64,000 nucleotides of DNA from the NCBI GenBank assembly GCA_964383935.1, contig CAYLIE010000001.1:11073-75072 (forward strand), written 5' to 3'. The notes under the pieces are model-generated. The model was not told the DNA's origin, did not search any database, and saw nothing but the letters and a program-made list of their open reading frames with translations. A program made the translations under genes and the position numbers. How positions within the stretch are numbered: position 1 is the stretch's first letter; every line of letters starts with the position of its first letter. The stretch comes from an uncultured Anaerolineales bacterium (lineage in GTDB: Bacteria > Chloroflexota > Anaerolineae > UBA7937). Of the stretch, positions 1 to 9,499 are shown piece by piece.

Positions 1-1
1 G

Positions 2-130
2 GGCACCATCACTTTGGCTCAGGTGCGGGATCTCTTCTCCACCAGTCGCAAGTACGCCCAAGCCTTCCTAGAAGATTTGGATGCCCAAGGGATCACCAGA
101 AGGGCGGGGGATGAGAGAGTGCTTAGGTAG
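2..130 (+). CDS. selB: selenocysteine-specific elongation factor SelB, C-terminal winged-helix fragment (5' partial, gene runs off window start)
   Basis: Frame-2 translation ...[42 protein letters not shown] matches the conserved SelB C-terminal WH4 motif (RKYA..LE.LD..GiTrR.GD.RVL). Stop TAG at 128-130. Confidence 0.6.
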   Translation, partial: GTITLAQVRDLFSTSRKYAQAFLEDLDAQGITRRAGDERVLR

Positions 131-139
131 GAGGAGACC

Positions 140-1309
140 TTGCCTCTTGAGTTAGGCCTCATAAGTGAACAGTTGGAGGAGATGGCTCGTGCTTTAAGAG
201 GGATGAAGAGCCAGGAGATAGAGCGGGCTCGCCTCCTATTGAGGGAGACCGACCCTGACAAGTTGAGGGCCAAGATAGAGAAAGCCAAGACCTCTTGGCT
301 CCTGGCTTGGCCTGAAAACACCCTTTCTGGAGCCTATCCTGCCCCGGAGCCTCCTTTGAACTTCAGCGTGGCGGCCACCGATGGCTCTTATATCAGACCA
401 GACCGACACATTCCGGCTCGCTTCGTGGTCATCAATATAGGTTCGGCGCTACTCACCTATGGCGATGACCCTATGGCGCGGCTAGATTCGAAGAGCCATT
501 TCTATTTCCGGGAGGAGGAACTCCGCATCCCCCACCCCTTCAAAGACCTTCATCTGGAGGGAGAGTTTCTGGGGGCCAGACGGACGGTCTTAGAGTTAGA
601 GGCTTTGGTAGAGGTCGCCGCCCAAGGTACAAAACCGGTGGTGGGCCTTCAAGACGGTAGCCTCATCCTTTGGGGGCTGCCTACCACCGATGACCCGGAT
701 GATATCTCGGTGCGAGACCATTTCTTGCATCCTTTTTTGGGAGCCCTCCAAAAGTTGCGGGCCCAGGGCATACCGGTAGCCAGTTACCTCAGTCAGCCTC
801 AGAGCAAAGATGTGGTTAATTCATTGCGAGTTGAGATCTGCGATAACGACCCGGTCAACTGCGATAAGTGCTCTTATGTGGCCCAGCGCCAGCGGCCTAT
901 CTGCAGCCACTTGGCGGGGGTCTTAGACCGTCAGATTTTCGCCACCTTGAAGCCAGGGGAGCGTTCGGATATCTATAAGGGCTCATCGAAGATCCTTCGA
1001 GTGGGATACGGCGGGCAGGGGATATATTTCTTCTACTTGAACGTGGGGCAGGAGATCGTCCGATTGGAGATTCCCCAATGGGTGGCCGGCGATGAGGAGA
1101 AGTTGAACCTCCTCCAGGCCTTGGTTTACGACCAATCTCGGCGGGGTCGAGGGTACCCTTCTGCCTTGCAGGAGGCTCATGAGCAGGCGGTCATCACCGG
1201 GCCCGAGAGACGGGTGGTGGAGAGCCTGGTGGAGCAGGCATTGGCTAGGGAGGGGGTGGAGTTTTTCAGGTCGGGGAAAGCCACCAGCAAAAGGGAGCGA
1301 GGGGTATGA
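140..1309 (+). CDS. nurA: NurA-domain 5'-3' nuclease
   Basis: TTG start 8 nt after a GGAGGAG RBS. NurA-like N-terminal motif 'SVAATDGSYIRPDRHIPARFVVINIG'. Sits in an operon ending in a HerA-like ATPase. Stop overlaps the next start (ATGA at 1306-1309). Confidence 0.65.
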   Translation: MPLELGLISEQLEEMARALRGMKSQEIERARLLLRETDPDKLRAKIEKAKTSWLLAWPENTLSGAYPAPEPPLNFSVAATDGSYIRPDRHIPARFVVINIGSALLTYGDDPMARLDSKSHFYFREEELRIPHPFKDLHLEGEFLGARRTVLELEALVEVAAQGTKPVVGLQDGSLILWGLPTTDDPDDISVRDHFLHPFLGALQKLRAQGIPVASYLSQPQSKDVVNSLRVEICDNDPVNCDKCSYVAQRQRPICSHLAGVLDRQIFATLKPGERSDIYKGSSKILRVGYGGQGIYFFYLNVGQEIVRLEIPQWVAGDEEKLNLLQALVYDQSRRGRGYPSALQEAHEQAVITGPERRVVESLVEQALAREGVEFFRSGKATSKRERGV

Positions 1310-1896
1310 GGATTGGGGAGATCATCCAGACGAGAAGCACCGGTTTCGTAGCCGAGAGTTACCAGTTGCATCAGCCTCCCGCCTTGGGTAGCCTGGTCAA
1401 AGTTAAGGTGGATGATCACCGAGAGATCTACGCCGTGGTTTCCTATGGGGAGACGGGGGGCATCGAACCCGGCCGACGAGCGGTGCGCTGGAGCACCGAT
1501 GAGGTCTTCGATGAGGCGATCTATAAGGAGCACCCAGAACTGAGGCGCACCCTGCGCACCGAGTTCACCGCTCTCCCCGTAGGGAGTGTGGAGGGAGAAG
1601 AGGCGAGGCAGGGGTTGCCTTCTGAGCCTCCACCTATGCATTACTCGGTCTATTTATGCCAGTCGGAGGAGGTACATCGCTTCACCGAGGAACTCTACTA
1701 CCTCCGTCTCCTTCTGACTGGTGAGGGACCGGTTCCCAAGGAGCAACTCTTGGTAACCCACCTGCGAGAGGTCTATCGGGCTCGGGGCAAAGATGAGGAG
1801 TGGCTCTCGAGGGCGGCGCGGGAGATCGCCAGATTGTTAAAGCGGGACTATGACCGGTTGATGACCGTGCTTTTGGGGATAGAGTCAGCTAGTTGA
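1306..1896 (+). CDS. hypothetical protein, NurA/HerA-operon associated; possible small beta-barrel (HAS-barrel-like) protein
   Basis: 196-aa ORF translationally coupled to nurA (ATGA overlap). N-terminus MRIGEIIQTRSTGFVAESYQ...LGSLVKVKVDDHREIYAVVSYGETG resembles a HAS-barrel beta-rich pattern. Codon usage matches the neighbours. No firm homology recognised. Confidence 0.45.
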   Translation: MRIGEIIQTRSTGFVAESYQLHQPPALGSLVKVKVDDHREIYAVVSYGETGGIEPGRRAVRWSTDEVFDEAIYKEHPELRRTLRTEFTALPVGSVEGEEARQGLPSEPPPMHYSVYLCQSEEVHRFTEELYYLRLLLTGEGPVPKEQLLVTHLREVYRARGKDEEWLSRAAREIARLLKRDYDRLMTVLLGIESAS

Positions 1897-1932
1897 GCTA
1901 AGCCAGAGCAATAGATGTGAGAGGCTATTGAA

Positions 1933-2697
1933 GTGGCAAAAGGACGGTATAGATTAGAATTCCCTTTGGAGTCATTCCTTACCTCGGGCAAAGAAATTGG
2001 CTCGCAGGACAAGGGTATCAGACTAGTTCCAAATCCAGACAGGAATAACTTGCTTGACAAAGGAATCGTTGAAATTGAAGCTCGTTCGATGGAGCAAGCG
2101 TGGGATGAAGCGCATGACACTCTATCAGGCTATCTCAGCATTTTGTCTTATGAATATGACTGCCCCATCCGGATCTCAGACCCACCTAGCTGCCACGAAA
2201 TTTCGCCTGCCGCTAGTGGAAGAACCACTCGCAGCGTTTCGCAGACCGCAAGGGCGTATATTGCTGGCTCAGCGCGCATAGACCGTTTACCCGATGTTGC
2301 TAAATATCAATCGATGCAAGTTGCCTTAGCTTGCTATAGGGAGGCCAGAAGTTCTACCAACGAATTTCATCAGTACCTGAACTACTACAAGGTGATAGAG
2401 AATCTTTTGGACGCGAAGGGCACGCCGGGGAAGAAAGGAAAGAAGACCGTGGATGTCCTTCACGAGAAATTGAACGAGGTTGGCGTCACTATTGATAGTA
2501 AGCGTATCAGCCAAGACCAGGCAAAAGAGATATACAAGGATTCCCGGTGCGCTTTAGCCCATGCTGGTAAGCAACCGACTTTGACTAGAGACAGGATAAG
2601 GGATGTGAGAAGAGTTCGCAAAGGGGTGCCAGTAATAAAGGATATTGCGCGGCAGTGTTTAGAGTGGAAAAAGCGATCACTAGAGGCAAGTCCGTAG
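1933..2697 (+). CDS. hypothetical protein with C-terminal Rx4H (HEPN-like) motif; low-GC insert
   Basis: GTG start after a GAGAGG RBS (an ATG at 2089 is an alternative start). GC is about 45% against about 60% for the flanks. C-terminal 'KDSRCALAHAGKQ' matches R-x4-6-H. Confidence 0.5.
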   Translation: MAKGRYRLEFPLESFLTSGKEIGSQDKGIRLVPNPDRNNLLDKGIVEIEARSMEQAWDEAHDTLSGYLSILSYEYDCPIRISDPPSCHEISPAASGRTTRSVSQTARAYIAGSARIDRLPDVAKYQSMQVALACYREARSSTNEFHQYLNYYKVIENLLDAKGTPGKKGKKTVDVLHEKLNEVGVTIDSKRISQDQAKEIYKDSRCALAHAGKQPTLTRDRIRDVRRVRKGVPVIKDIARQCLEWKKRSLEASP

Positions 2698-2706
2698 GAG
2701 AAACTG

Positions 2707-4329
2707 ATGGCACGTAAGCGCTTAGGTGTAGTAACCGATGGAGCCTTCGAGGCGGGGCTCACGGTGCGGCTGGATCCGGGTTGTTCCACCGAGGATTTGC
2801 GGATCGGCAGTTTCGTGGTTGTGGAGGGACGTAGCCATAGGTTCTTCTGCACCATCACCGATATGCGACTGCAAGCCACAGATCCCGGACTTCTGGCTGA
2901 CCCACCTCGTGATGCCTCTCCTTTCGTCACCAGGGCCTTGGCGGGGGTAAGTAGTTACGCTACGGTACAGGTGAAGCCTCATCTCATGCTGGATATATCG
3001 AAAGGAGTGGGAGAGGAGACCCCGCCGGAGCCGGTGCGCACCATCCCCATGCATTTCGCCGAACTCTACGAGGCCTCGGGACTCGATTTCGCCACCGTCT
3101 TCGGCGAGGAGGGAGGGATGAACTTCGCTATGGGGGCTCCCCTCACCATGGAACTCCCCATCTGCCTCCGGCTGGATCGATTCGTGGAGCGTTCCAACGG
3201 CGTCTTCGGCCAGACGGGGACGGGGAAGAGTTTCTTGGCCCGCCTTCTCCTGGCGGGGATCATCAAATCTAAGGCGGCGGTGAACCTGGTCTTCGACATG
3301 CATAACGAGTACGCTTTCGGAGCCCAAACGGAGGATGGGGGGTGGGTCAAGGGGTTGCGCGACCTCTTCGGCCCCCAGGTGCTTGTCTACTCCCTAGATG
3401 AGGAGTGGGGAGCCCGGCGGAATGTGGATGTGACCTTGAAGGTGGGGCTCAACCAGATGGAGTTGGGGGATGTCTTGCTCCTGGCTGAGGAGTTAGAGTT
3501 GAGCCCCACGGCGGTCACCACCGCCGAGTTGGTCTATGCCCGCTTCGGAAGGGGCTGGATGAGAAGGCTGGTGGCGCTGGAGAGTGGCGATAGCGAGGCG
3601 CTGAAGGAGTTTTGCGACCTCACGGGCGCCCAATCGGAGTCCCTGAAAGCCCTTCAACGTAGGGTGAAGCGGATCGCCGGTCGGGAGTATGTGCGAGACG
3701 AGGTGGCCTTCTCCGCCATCGATGAGATGGTGGCCGCTTTGGATAGGGGGCAACATGTGGTCTTGGTTTTTGGCCGCCACGACACACCTCTCGATTATAT
3801 GTTGGTAGCCAATATCGTGGCTCGAAGGGTGCGCCGGCTATATCAAGAGAAGGTAAACAGGTACGAGGGGACGAGAGACGAGGCGGACAAGCCGCAACCT
3901 CTCCTCATCACCTTAGAGGAGGCCCACAAGTTCTTGAGCCCCCAGGTCTCCAGACAGACCATTTTCGGCACCATCGCCCGGGAATTGAGGAAGTTCTATG
4001 TGACCCTCATGGTGATCGACCAGAGGCCCAGTGGGATAGACCCGGAGGTGATGAGCCAGTTAGGGACTCGAGTGACGGGGAAACTCACTGACCAGCGGGA
4101 TATCGACAGCGTTTTCACCGGGGTAGGAGGGCGGAGTTTCTTGCGTGGGGCCTTAGAGAGTCTAAATACCCGTCAAGAGATCCTCATTCTAGGCCACGCC
4201 GTCCCCATGCCCATCGTTCTCAGGACCCGTCAGTACGACGAGGGGTTCTATAGGGCTATGGGGGCTAGAGGTAGGGAAGGGAAAGAGAGGCAGGCTCTCA
4301 AAGATATCGCCGACCTATACGGGGATTAG
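2707..4329 (+). CDS. herA: HerA-like (DUF87/FtsK-HerA superfamily) hexameric ATPase/helicase
   Basis: N-terminal HAS-barrel-like region (GVVTDGAFEAGLTVRLDP...GSFVVVEG). Walker A 'GIFGQTGTGKSF' and Walker B 'LLITLEEAHKFL'. Good RBS AGGAGAAACTG-ATG. Same operon as nurA. Confidence 0.75.
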   Translation: MARKRLGVVTDGAFEAGLTVRLDPGCSTEDLRIGSFVVVEGRSHRFFCTITDMRLQATDPGLLADPPRDASPFVTRALAGVSSYATVQVKPHLMLDISKGVGEETPPEPVRTIPMHFAELYEASGLDFATVFGEEGGMNFAMGAPLTMELPICLRLDRFVERSNGVFGQTGTGKSFLARLLLAGIIKSKAAVNLVFDMHNEYAFGAQTEDGGWVKGLRDLFGPQVLVYSLDEEWGARRNVDVTLKVGLNQMELGDVLLLAEELELSPTAVTTAELVYARFGRGWMRRLVALESGDSEALKEFCDLTGAQSESLKALQRRVKRIAGREYVRDEVAFSAIDEMVAALDRGQHVVLVFGRHDTPLDYMLVANIVARRVRRLYQEKVNRYEGTRDEADKPQPLLITLEEAHKFLSPQVSRQTIFGTIARELRKFYVTLMVIDQRPSGIDPEVMSQLGTRVTGKLTDQRDIDSVFTGVGGRSFLRGALESLNTRQEILILGHAVPMPIVLRTRQYDEGFYRAMGARGREGKERQALKDIADLYGD

Positions 4330-4358
4330 CGAAGAGGCGGTTGCCATTTCCATATCGA

Positions 4359-4382
4359 GCCCGACCTGAAAAATGGTCGGGC
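4359..4382 (+). terminator. GC-rich hairpin downstream of herA (possible terminator, no U-tract)
   Basis: GCCCGACC-tgaaaaat-GGTCGGGC perfect 8-bp stem, 30 nt after the herA stop. Confidence 0.35.
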
Positions 4383-4587
4383 AGTTGACATGAGGTGGAT
4401 GATCTAACCCAAACACGAAAGGGAGTTCTAGGGAGGGGGAGGTCGTCATTTTGAAAGATGTCCGTCTAATACGCCGGTGGGGGGAATAGACGGAAAAATC
4501 GCGGCCTAATACCGAGTTAGGCGGCGTAGTACACATTCCGGGGATGGCACTCAGCCATTCGCGTAGACCCCCAAAAGGAGGTTTACC

Positions 4588-4959
4588 ATGAAAGAGCAAC
4601 ACAAGTACACTATCAACTTGGATTCAGAGTTCGGTTTCCTTGAGCTAATTGACGTACCAAGCCTCGTTGCCGCCTGCCAGGAGCAATGGTACAACCAGAC
4701 TCTTTGTCAGGTGAATGACTGTGTAGTTCGCCTCGGCGTCATGCAAGGGGAATTTCATTGGCACAAACATGATGAAGAAGACGAGTTCTTTTTCGTCCTC
4801 CAGGGCAAGTTTCTAATCGATCTAGAAAATGAGACGATAACACTTGAACCCCACCAGGGTTATACTATCCCGAGAGGGGTCGTACATCGTACCAGAGCAC
4901 CGGAACGGACGGCCATCCTTATGGTGGAGGCGAGTTCGGTAAAGCCAACTGGGGACTGA
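4588..4959 (+). CDS. cupin-domain protein
   Basis: Strong RBS AAAAGGAGG 7 nt before ATG. Cupin motifs G-EFHWHKHDEEDEFFFVLQG and PRGVVHRTRAPERTAILMVE. GC is about 45%, below the flanks. Confidence 0.7.
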   Translation: MKEQHKYTINLDSEFGFLELIDVPSLVAACQEQWYNQTLCQVNDCVVRLGVMQGEFHWHKHDEEDEFFFVLQGKFLIDLENETITLEPHQGYTIPRGVVHRTRAPERTAILMVEASSVKPTGD

Positions 4960-5151
4960 AATTAGCCTTCCCTGGTAGTTCGAGCGTGATAAGTGGCAAC
5001 TACTGCAAGCACGTCTTTATCGCTCCGGTCTTGCCTGGCTTAACCGCCTTCGCTCCGCGGGTGAACGATAGCCAGAGAATCGGTACGGCGGGTTTCCCTG
5101 GCCCAACGATGCCAGGACGGGCGAAACCTGCTCTACTACCAGATAGTAAAC

Positions 5152-5172
5152 CGTCGCAGGTAAACTGCGACG
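5152..5172. terminator. bidirectional-looking hairpin between cupin gene and permease gene 3' ends
   Basis: CGTCGCAG-gtaaa-CTGCGACG perfect 8-bp stem, about 45 nt beyond the minus-strand permease stop. A/T runs on both sides (ctcaaaaagg / ggtttact). Confidence 0.4.
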
Positions 5173-5215
5173 CTCAAAAAGGTGTAACCCCACCATTGTC
5201 TGAGAGCCCTCCGGA

Positions 5216-7492
5216 TTACCCCCGTATAGTGATCTCCCGTATCCAGGATCTCACCGGCCCTTGATACCTCTTGACCATGATCACCGTCTTAGAGCACTCC
5301 TCAGCCACCCGGCGGGGGATAGCGCCAAGAAGCAATTGGTCGAAGAGCCCTTCTCGCGTGGCCCCCAGGATCACTAGGTTGTACCCCCCAGCCTCTTTTA
5401 GGATGCCGGCGACCGCATCGGGAGCCGTGACCACTTTAGTTTCCAGGGGGTAATCATAGGGGGCTATGGTCTGCTTCAACATTTTCCCTGCCCACCTACC
5501 CTTTTCCTCATCTCCCTCTCGAACTACATATAGTGCGGTTATAGTGGGCTTGATCCCCTCTTGCTCTTCGTATTGACGGGCTTGGGAGATAGCCAACTCC
5601 AAGGCCAGGGAGGTGTTGGGCCCTCCGGCGGTGGGGACTAGGATCCGGCTCAACCCTTCCCTCTTCCTGAACCTGACCACAGCGAGATCGCAAGGTGGGT
5701 TCCTGCTCACGTAATCTATCACTTGGCCGAAGGCTTTATCCTTGCTCTCCGTGTAGCCCAGCCAACCTAGAAGGATGAGGTTAGATTCCCTCTTGATGGC
5801 GGTATCGATGATCGCCTTCCCTACATCATGTCCCATGCGTATCATGGTGTGAACCGGGACATCCACCTCTTTGGCGTGCCTTATGACTTCCTCTAAGAGA
5901 GGTTTCCCTTCGCGCAAGAAATGGCGACCCTCGGAGAGGGAGAGTTGCAAGGGCACCCTTACTACATGGAGGGCGAAGAGTTCTCCGGCTTGGTCTTTGG
6001 CGATGGCGCTTCCCAAGATGCTCAACATATGGGCCTGCTGCTCATCGGCGACGGGGATGAGGACCGAATACTCCCTTACCGCCACTACCTCTTCGTGGAT
6101 GATCTCAAATAGTTCCTCCATGGCCTCGGTGCGGGAGGCGTAGACGTAGTAGAAGAGGAGCCCCCCCACTATCCAAAGGAGAGTAGTGTACCAGGCGATA
6201 GGGCTCAGCCGGAAGAGATAGAGGGCCAGGAATATTTGGCTGCCTATAGCGGCCAGAGGGACAAAGGGGAGCCAAGGAACTTTGTAGCCGCGATCGAGGT
6301 CCGGCCGCTTCTTGCGGAGGCTAATAAGGGCCAGATTAACCATCATGAAGAGGAGGAGGAACATGATATCGGCTGCGCTGGCCACATCTTTGATGGGCAA
6401 GGTAGTCACCATCAATATCACCAAGCCTGTAGAGACGGCGATGGCCCATTGAGGGGTTCTGTGCTTAGAGTGAACCTGGGCGAAGAAGGGTGGCAAGTTA
6501 CGGTCTCGCCCCATGGCGAAGGATACCCGAGAGGAGGAGTAGATGGTGGCGTTGAGGGCGGACATGGTGGACATCAGCCCCCCGATGATTATCACCGCTG
6601 CCCCCCCAGGTAGCAACTGCTTTGCCGCTTCCACCAATGCCACCTCTGCGTGCTTTCCCAAGTATAGCCAGGTGGGGAGATCCCCGGAGTCGATGGCTCC
6701 CAAGGCTACGAAGGCTACAGCCAGATAGATGAAGACCACGATAGCCACAGAGAGGAAGGTGGCGCGGGGGATGTTGCGCTTGGGGTCTTTGACCTCCTCC
6801 CCCGATTGGGCCACGATCTCATACCCCTGGAAAGCGATGGCGGTCAACCCCATAGCCCCCAAGATGCCCCCTAAGCCGCGGGGCAAGAAGGGGTAAAAAT
6901 GTCCTTGCCAGGTTTGATTGGTCATAGCGCGGAGACCAAAGAGTACGAAAACCGCCAGGATGACTATCTTAGCCAAAGTTACGATATTGCCCACCGCCCC
7001 CGTCTCCGAGGCCCCCAGGTAGTTTATATAACCGAAGAGAAGAGCCATGCATATGGCTAGGAGTATAGCCGCCTGGGGTTCGGGAAGACCGAGGAGGGAG
7101 AGGTTTCCTAAAAAGAGGAGATGGGCAGCGTAGGTCCCGAAACCTAGCGCATAGAGGCTACAGGCTAAAGAGTGGGCAAACCACGACATCCAGCCGCTGA
7201 GGAACCCGAAGATATTGGATAGACCTTCTTTGATCCAGAGGTAGCCCCCTCCAGCCTCGGGGAAGCAAGAACCTAGTTCGGCGTAAGAAGCAGCGGTGCA
7301 AAGGGTTACCAACCCATTGAGGAGGAAGGCCAGAAGTAGACCGGGGCCTGCTTCGCCCGCGGCGATGCCGGTCAAAACAAAGATGCCAGCCCCGATCATA
7401 GCTGCCACGCCGATCATGGTGACATCAAAGAGCCCCAGATCGCGGCTGAGCGAAACCCCTACCCTCTGCCTAGCCCTAATCACTCCGCCCAC
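5216..7492 (-). CDS. APC-family amino acid permease fused to tandem C-terminal universal stress protein (UspA) domains
   Basis: 758 aa. N-terminal 12-TM APC permease sequence (GVAAMIGAGIFVLTGIAAGEAGPG...). C-terminal UspA-like repeats (VLIPVADEQQAHMLSILGSAIAK... and LVPTAGGPNTSLALELAI...). Confidence 0.8.
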   Translation of the reverse strand: MGGVIRARQRVGVSLSRDLGLFDVTMIGVAAMIGAGIFVLTGIAAGEAGPGLLLAFLLNGLVTLCTAASYAELGSCFPEAGGGYLWIKEGLSNIFGFLSGWMSWFAHSLACSLYALGFGTYAAHLLFLGNLSLLGLPEPQAAILLAICMALLFGYINYLGASETGAVGNIVTLAKIVILAVFVLFGLRAMTNQTWQGHFYPFLPRGLGGILGAMGLTAIAFQGYEIVAQSGEEVKDPKRNIPRATFLSVAIVVFIYLAVAFVALGAIDSGDLPTWLYLGKHAEVALVEAAKQLLPGGAAVIIIGGLMSTMSALNATIYSSSRVSFAMGRDRNLPPFFAQVHSKHRTPQWAIAVSTGLVILMVTTLPIKDVASAADIMFLLLFMMVNLALISLRKKRPDLDRGYKVPWLPFVPLAAIGSQIFLALYLFRLSPIAWYTTLLWIVGGLLFYYVYASRTEAMEELFEIIHEEVVAVREYSVLIPVADEQQAHMLSILGSAIAKDQAGELFALHVVRVPLQLSLSEGRHFLREGKPLLEEVIRHAKEVDVPVHTMIRMGHDVGKAIIDTAIKRESNLILLGWLGYTESKDKAFGQVIDYVSRNPPCDLAVVRFRKREGLSRILVPTAGGPNTSLALELAISQARQYEEQEGIKPTITALYVVREGDEEKGRWAGKMLKQTIAPYDYPLETKVVTAPDAVAGILKEAGGYNLVILGATREGLFDQLLLGAIPRRVAEECSKTVIMVKRYQGPVRSWIREITIRG

Positions 7493-7544
7493 TTTCTATA
7501 TGGTTATAAATCAAATCATCTATGGGCATCGGTAGAGGCCTCTT

Positions 7545-8747
7545 CTATAGACCTAGGAGGCGAAGAAGGCAGCCCTCTCCCCCGGGAGAGGGCGTAACCG
7601 GGGTTAGTTCTTCTAGGTAAGCGGCGTAAGCATCGGCCCGGCCTGACCCCTGGTCGTTGGGTGAGAGTCCTAAATCTAGAGCCGTCTCCATGAGAAGGGC
7701 TTTCAGTTGGGCGGGGGTCAACTCCGGCTTCGCTTGCAGGATGAGGGCCGCTATCCCTGAGGCGTGGGGGGTGGCCATACTGCTTCCCGAGAGTTCGGTA
7801 TAATTTTCGCCTGCCGGGTTGCCCAAAGAGGTATCCTTAGCCCGGCAGGAGATGATGCTCGCACCGGGGAGAAGGATATCCGGCTTGATCCGCCCATCGG
7901 TGGTAGGGCCTCGGGAGGAGAAATCGGCCACCTCATCCTGGTCGGTGGAGGCCCCCACGGTGATCACTTGCTTCGCGCATCCTGGGGGGCCGATGGTATA
8001 AGGTGCGGGCCCTCCGTTCCCGGCCGCCACGCAGACCACGTACCCCTTCTCCACCGCCACGTCACAGGTCTCAGAGAGGGCATCGGTGCCATCGCAGGGG
8101 GGGGCGCCCCCCAAGGAGAGGTTGATGATATCTACCTCTTGCCCTACGGCCCACTCGATGCCGGCCATCACATCGCTCATCAGGCCGGCCCCTTCCCGGC
8201 CTAGGACCTTGGCGATATAGAGGCTCGTCTCTGGCGCCAGGCCGCGGTACCTGCCCTCTGAAGCGCGCCCGCTACTGGCGGCTATCCCTGCTACATGGGT
8301 ACCATGGCCATCCCGGTCTTGTGGCCCTTCGCCGGTGAAATCGGCCGTAGCCACGATCCGTCCTGCGAAGTCGGGATGGTAGGGGTCTATCCCCGTGTCC
8401 AAAATGGCGATTTTCACCCCTTTCCCGGTATAGCCTGCTTCCCACACCCGAGGCGCGCCGATGAGAGGGACCGAGGCGTCGAGGCAGACGCGGACGGGGA
8501 GATCTGGCCATATCCTCTCTACATCCGGATCACGGCTCAAACTCTCAATAACTTTCGGGGTGGTGGTGAGGGCCGCCGCGGGGATGATCCGGAAGGTGCG
8601 CGAGGGACGTATGCCGACCAGAAGAGTCTCCAGGGGGCGCTTGCGGAACTTCCCGTATTTGACGATGACCGGGATCTGGGCATCCACGGGCTTAATTTTC
8701 ATATCTCGGAGCAGAGAATGAGCGATCTTCTCCATAACACCCTTCAT
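7545..8747 (-). CDS. subtilisin-like S8 serine peptidase with N-terminal I9 propeptide
   Basis: Catalytic triad motifs DTGIDPYHPDF, HGTHVAGIAAS and GSSMATPHASGIAALIL. Confidence 0.85.
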   Translation of the reverse strand: MKGVMEKIAHSLLRDMKIKPVDAQIPVIVKYGKFRKRPLETLLVGIRPSRTFRIIPAAALTTTPKVIESLSRDPDVERIWPDLPVRVCLDASVPLIGAPRVWEAGYTGKGVKIAILDTGIDPYHPDFAGRIVATADFTGEGPQDRDGHGTHVAGIAASSGRASEGRYRGLAPETSLYIAKVLGREGAGLMSDVMAGIEWAVGQEVDIINLSLGGAPPCDGTDALSETCDVAVEKGYVVCVAAGNGGPAPYTIGPPGCAKQVITVGASTDQDEVADFSSRGPTTDGRIKPDILLPGASIISCRAKDTSLGNPAGENYTELSGSSMATPHASGIAALILQAKPELTPAQLKALLMETALDLGLSPNDQGSGRADAYAAYLEELTPVTPSPGGEGCLLRLLGL

Positions 8748-8760
8748 ATCAGGGATAGGG

Positions 8761-9018
8761 CTAGGTTAGGGCTCGCACCTCCCTATCCTCTTCCAGGGAA
8801 ACGACCCACCCCTCTCGCAGAAGAGCCAAGGCAGAGGAAGCCTCACATTCGATGGCTAGAGCCTTGATGAGTGCCAGTTCTCGCTTTACTTTAATTCCCT
8901 TCCTAGCCAAGAGAGAACGGTAGGCTTTAGGTTCGCCTCTGGTGCGCACGAGGAGCCGAACCTTGGCCTCAGGCTCCTTCATCAATCGTCGCTTGAAAGA
9001 TCTATCGATTTTTCCCAA
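8761..9018 (-). CDS. small I9 propeptide-like protein upstream of the S8 protease gene
   Basis: 85-aa ORF whose pattern (KVRLLVRTRG...LARKGIKVKRELALIKALAIE) resembles the protease N-terminal inhibitor domain. Co-directional, 14 nt upstream of the protease gene. Confidence 0.35.
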   Translation of the reverse strand: MGKIDRSFKRRLMKEPEAKVRLLVRTRGEPKAYRSLLARKGIKVKRELALIKALAIECEASSALALLREGWVVSLEEDREVRALT

Positions 9019-9095
9019 CTATCTTTCCTCTCGAACTACATGGAGAGATAATACCACCGCCTTACCTTACCGTCAAGGAGCGTGCGTAGGTAAGC

Positions 9096-9499
9096 CAAGA
9101 GATGGTGACCGCTCTTCTTGCAGGACCAGGGGGTGTTTAAGAGAACATCTCGTCTTAAGGGAGGACCGGTTATATGAGAGGCTCTTAGAGGGCTCGGAGT
9201 CGGTTCTCAGAAGGGTAGAGGCGGCTCGGGAGGTGCAGAGAGGGGTTCGAGGGGATGCAACTTACCTGCAACGCTGAGATGGGGTCAGCAGAGGTGAGGG
9301 AGTATTGCCGACTCGGCGATACGGGGAGGAGCCTTCTTAGATCGGCGATGCACCGGTTGTAGATGAGCGCCAGGGCCTTTCATCGTATCTTGAAGTTGGC
9401 TCGTACCATAGCGGACCTGGCTGGAGGGGAAGAGATCACCACCGCTCATCTGGCGGAGGCTATTCTGTATCGGCCAAAAGGCAGATATGAACCAGGATA
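9096..9499 (+). pseudogene. comM: comM/yifB (Mg-chelatase-like competence ATPase) C-terminal remnant, 5'-truncated and frameshifted
   Basis: Three frames give ...SESVLRRVEAAREVQRGVRGDATYLQ, then MQLTCNAEMGSAEVREYCRLGDTGRSLLRSAMHRL*, then [40 protein letters not shown]. Together these match the last roughly 110 aa of ComM/YifB (cf. ...RVMAARERQ...LNAWL...LKVARTIADI...LQEAVSYR). N-terminal roughly 400 aa absent. Confidence 0.6.

Noticed and set aside
2460-3350. Several 150-200-aa ORFs (2460-2930, 2722-3327, 3066-3350; all minus strand) inside the HEPN-like and herA genes
   Set aside because: Antisense overlaps of genes with clear domain signatures and RBSs. Treated as noise.
4960-5215. Structured-looking non-coding stretch after the cupin gene; considered as SRP RNA, RNase P RNA, tmRNA or cobalamin riboswitch
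   Set aside because: None of the conserved core motifs I know for these RNAs is present. Only a simple 8-bp hairpin (5152-5172) is supported.
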